Part shown: in pieces, positions 31,592 through 32,000 of the stretch
Layout of the letters: each line of letters begins with the position of its first letter
Position numbering within the stretch: the first letter of the stretch is position 1
DNA from: Methanococcus maripaludis
GTDB lineage: Archaea > AGJL01 > Methanococci > Methanococcales > Methanococcaceae
DNA length: 32,000 nucleotides
Direction of reading: 5' to 3'
NCBI RefSeq assembly: GCF_002945325.1
Contig: NZ_CP026606.1
Location: 870,001 to 902,000, forward strand
Made by a program: the position numbers and the translations under genes
Notes under the pieces: generated by a model
Database searches by the model: none
The model's input: the letters and a program-made list of their open reading frames with translations, nothing else
Told to the model about the DNA's origin: nothing

Positions 31592-32000
31592 TTAAAGATA
31601 TCCTGTTGGCCATTTTTCATAATGTATTCTTTCTCTATCAAATTTTTCTACCGGAACCGGCTTTTCTGCAGGATTTCCTAATGCTACAACTGAAAAAGGA
31701 ACTACATTTTCTGGCGCATGCAGAACTTTTCTCATTTTTTCGACTCGTTCATCTACAGGATAAAATCCAAGCCATACTGCACCAATTCCCCGATCTTGAG
31801 CTTCTATTAATATATTTTCAGTTGCAGCAGCACAGTCCTGAACCCAGAACTGCCCGCATGATCCATTTACGCGATCCATGTTACCGCATACAACTATTGA
31901 AACTGGTGCTTCGTTTAACATCCTTGCGTGCCTGTTTATTTTAGAAATTCCCGAAAGTGTGTTTTTATCACGAATTACTACAAAATCCCATGGCCTCTGG
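31592..32000 (-). CDS. Nitroreductase family protein (N-terminus cut by the window edge)
   Basis: The frame stays open to the edge and reads ...QRPWDFVVIRDKNTLSGISKINRHARMLNEAPVSIVVCGNMD...WVQDCAAATENILIEAQDRGIGAVWLGFYP, typical FMN nitroreductase. Confidence 0.85.
   Translation of the reverse strand, partial: QRPWDFVVIRDKNTLSGISKINRHARMLNEAPVSIVVCGNMDRVNGSCGQFWVQDCAAATENILIEAQDRGIGAVWLGFYPVDERVEKMRKVLHAPENVVPFSVVALGNPAEKPVPVEKFDRERIHYEKWPTGYL

Overview
This window is AT-rich archaeal chromosome and looks like Methanococcus (M. maripaludis-type). The assignment rests on recalled gene families and order: FdhA/FdhB, HypF, Hmd plus two Hmd-cofactor proteins, MfnA, CofC, PurT, and GGTG(A)-type ribosome-binding sites with ATG, GTG or TTG starts. 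I support about 29 protein-coding genes, two of them cut by the window edges. I see no rRNA, tRNA, CRISPR array, transposase or phage-like module. Most of the window is core metabolism and informational housekeeping, and I did not find a convincing undescribed multi-gene system. The features most worth a second look are: (1) fdhA, split in the ORF track by one in-frame TGA that is very probably selenocysteine, with no archaeal SECIS core that I could find by eye; (2) the ~635-bp non-coding region upstream of fdhA, which holds several inverted repeats and possibly a small RNA; (3) a strong 10-bp inverted repeat plus a second palindrome with the same half-site, flanking the likely hmd promoter; (4) the uncharacterised HcgG/HmdC-family protein with a conserved-looking Cys cluster; and (5) a group of loosely annotated enzymes at 804-4981. 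All family assignments come from sequence recognition only, with no database search.
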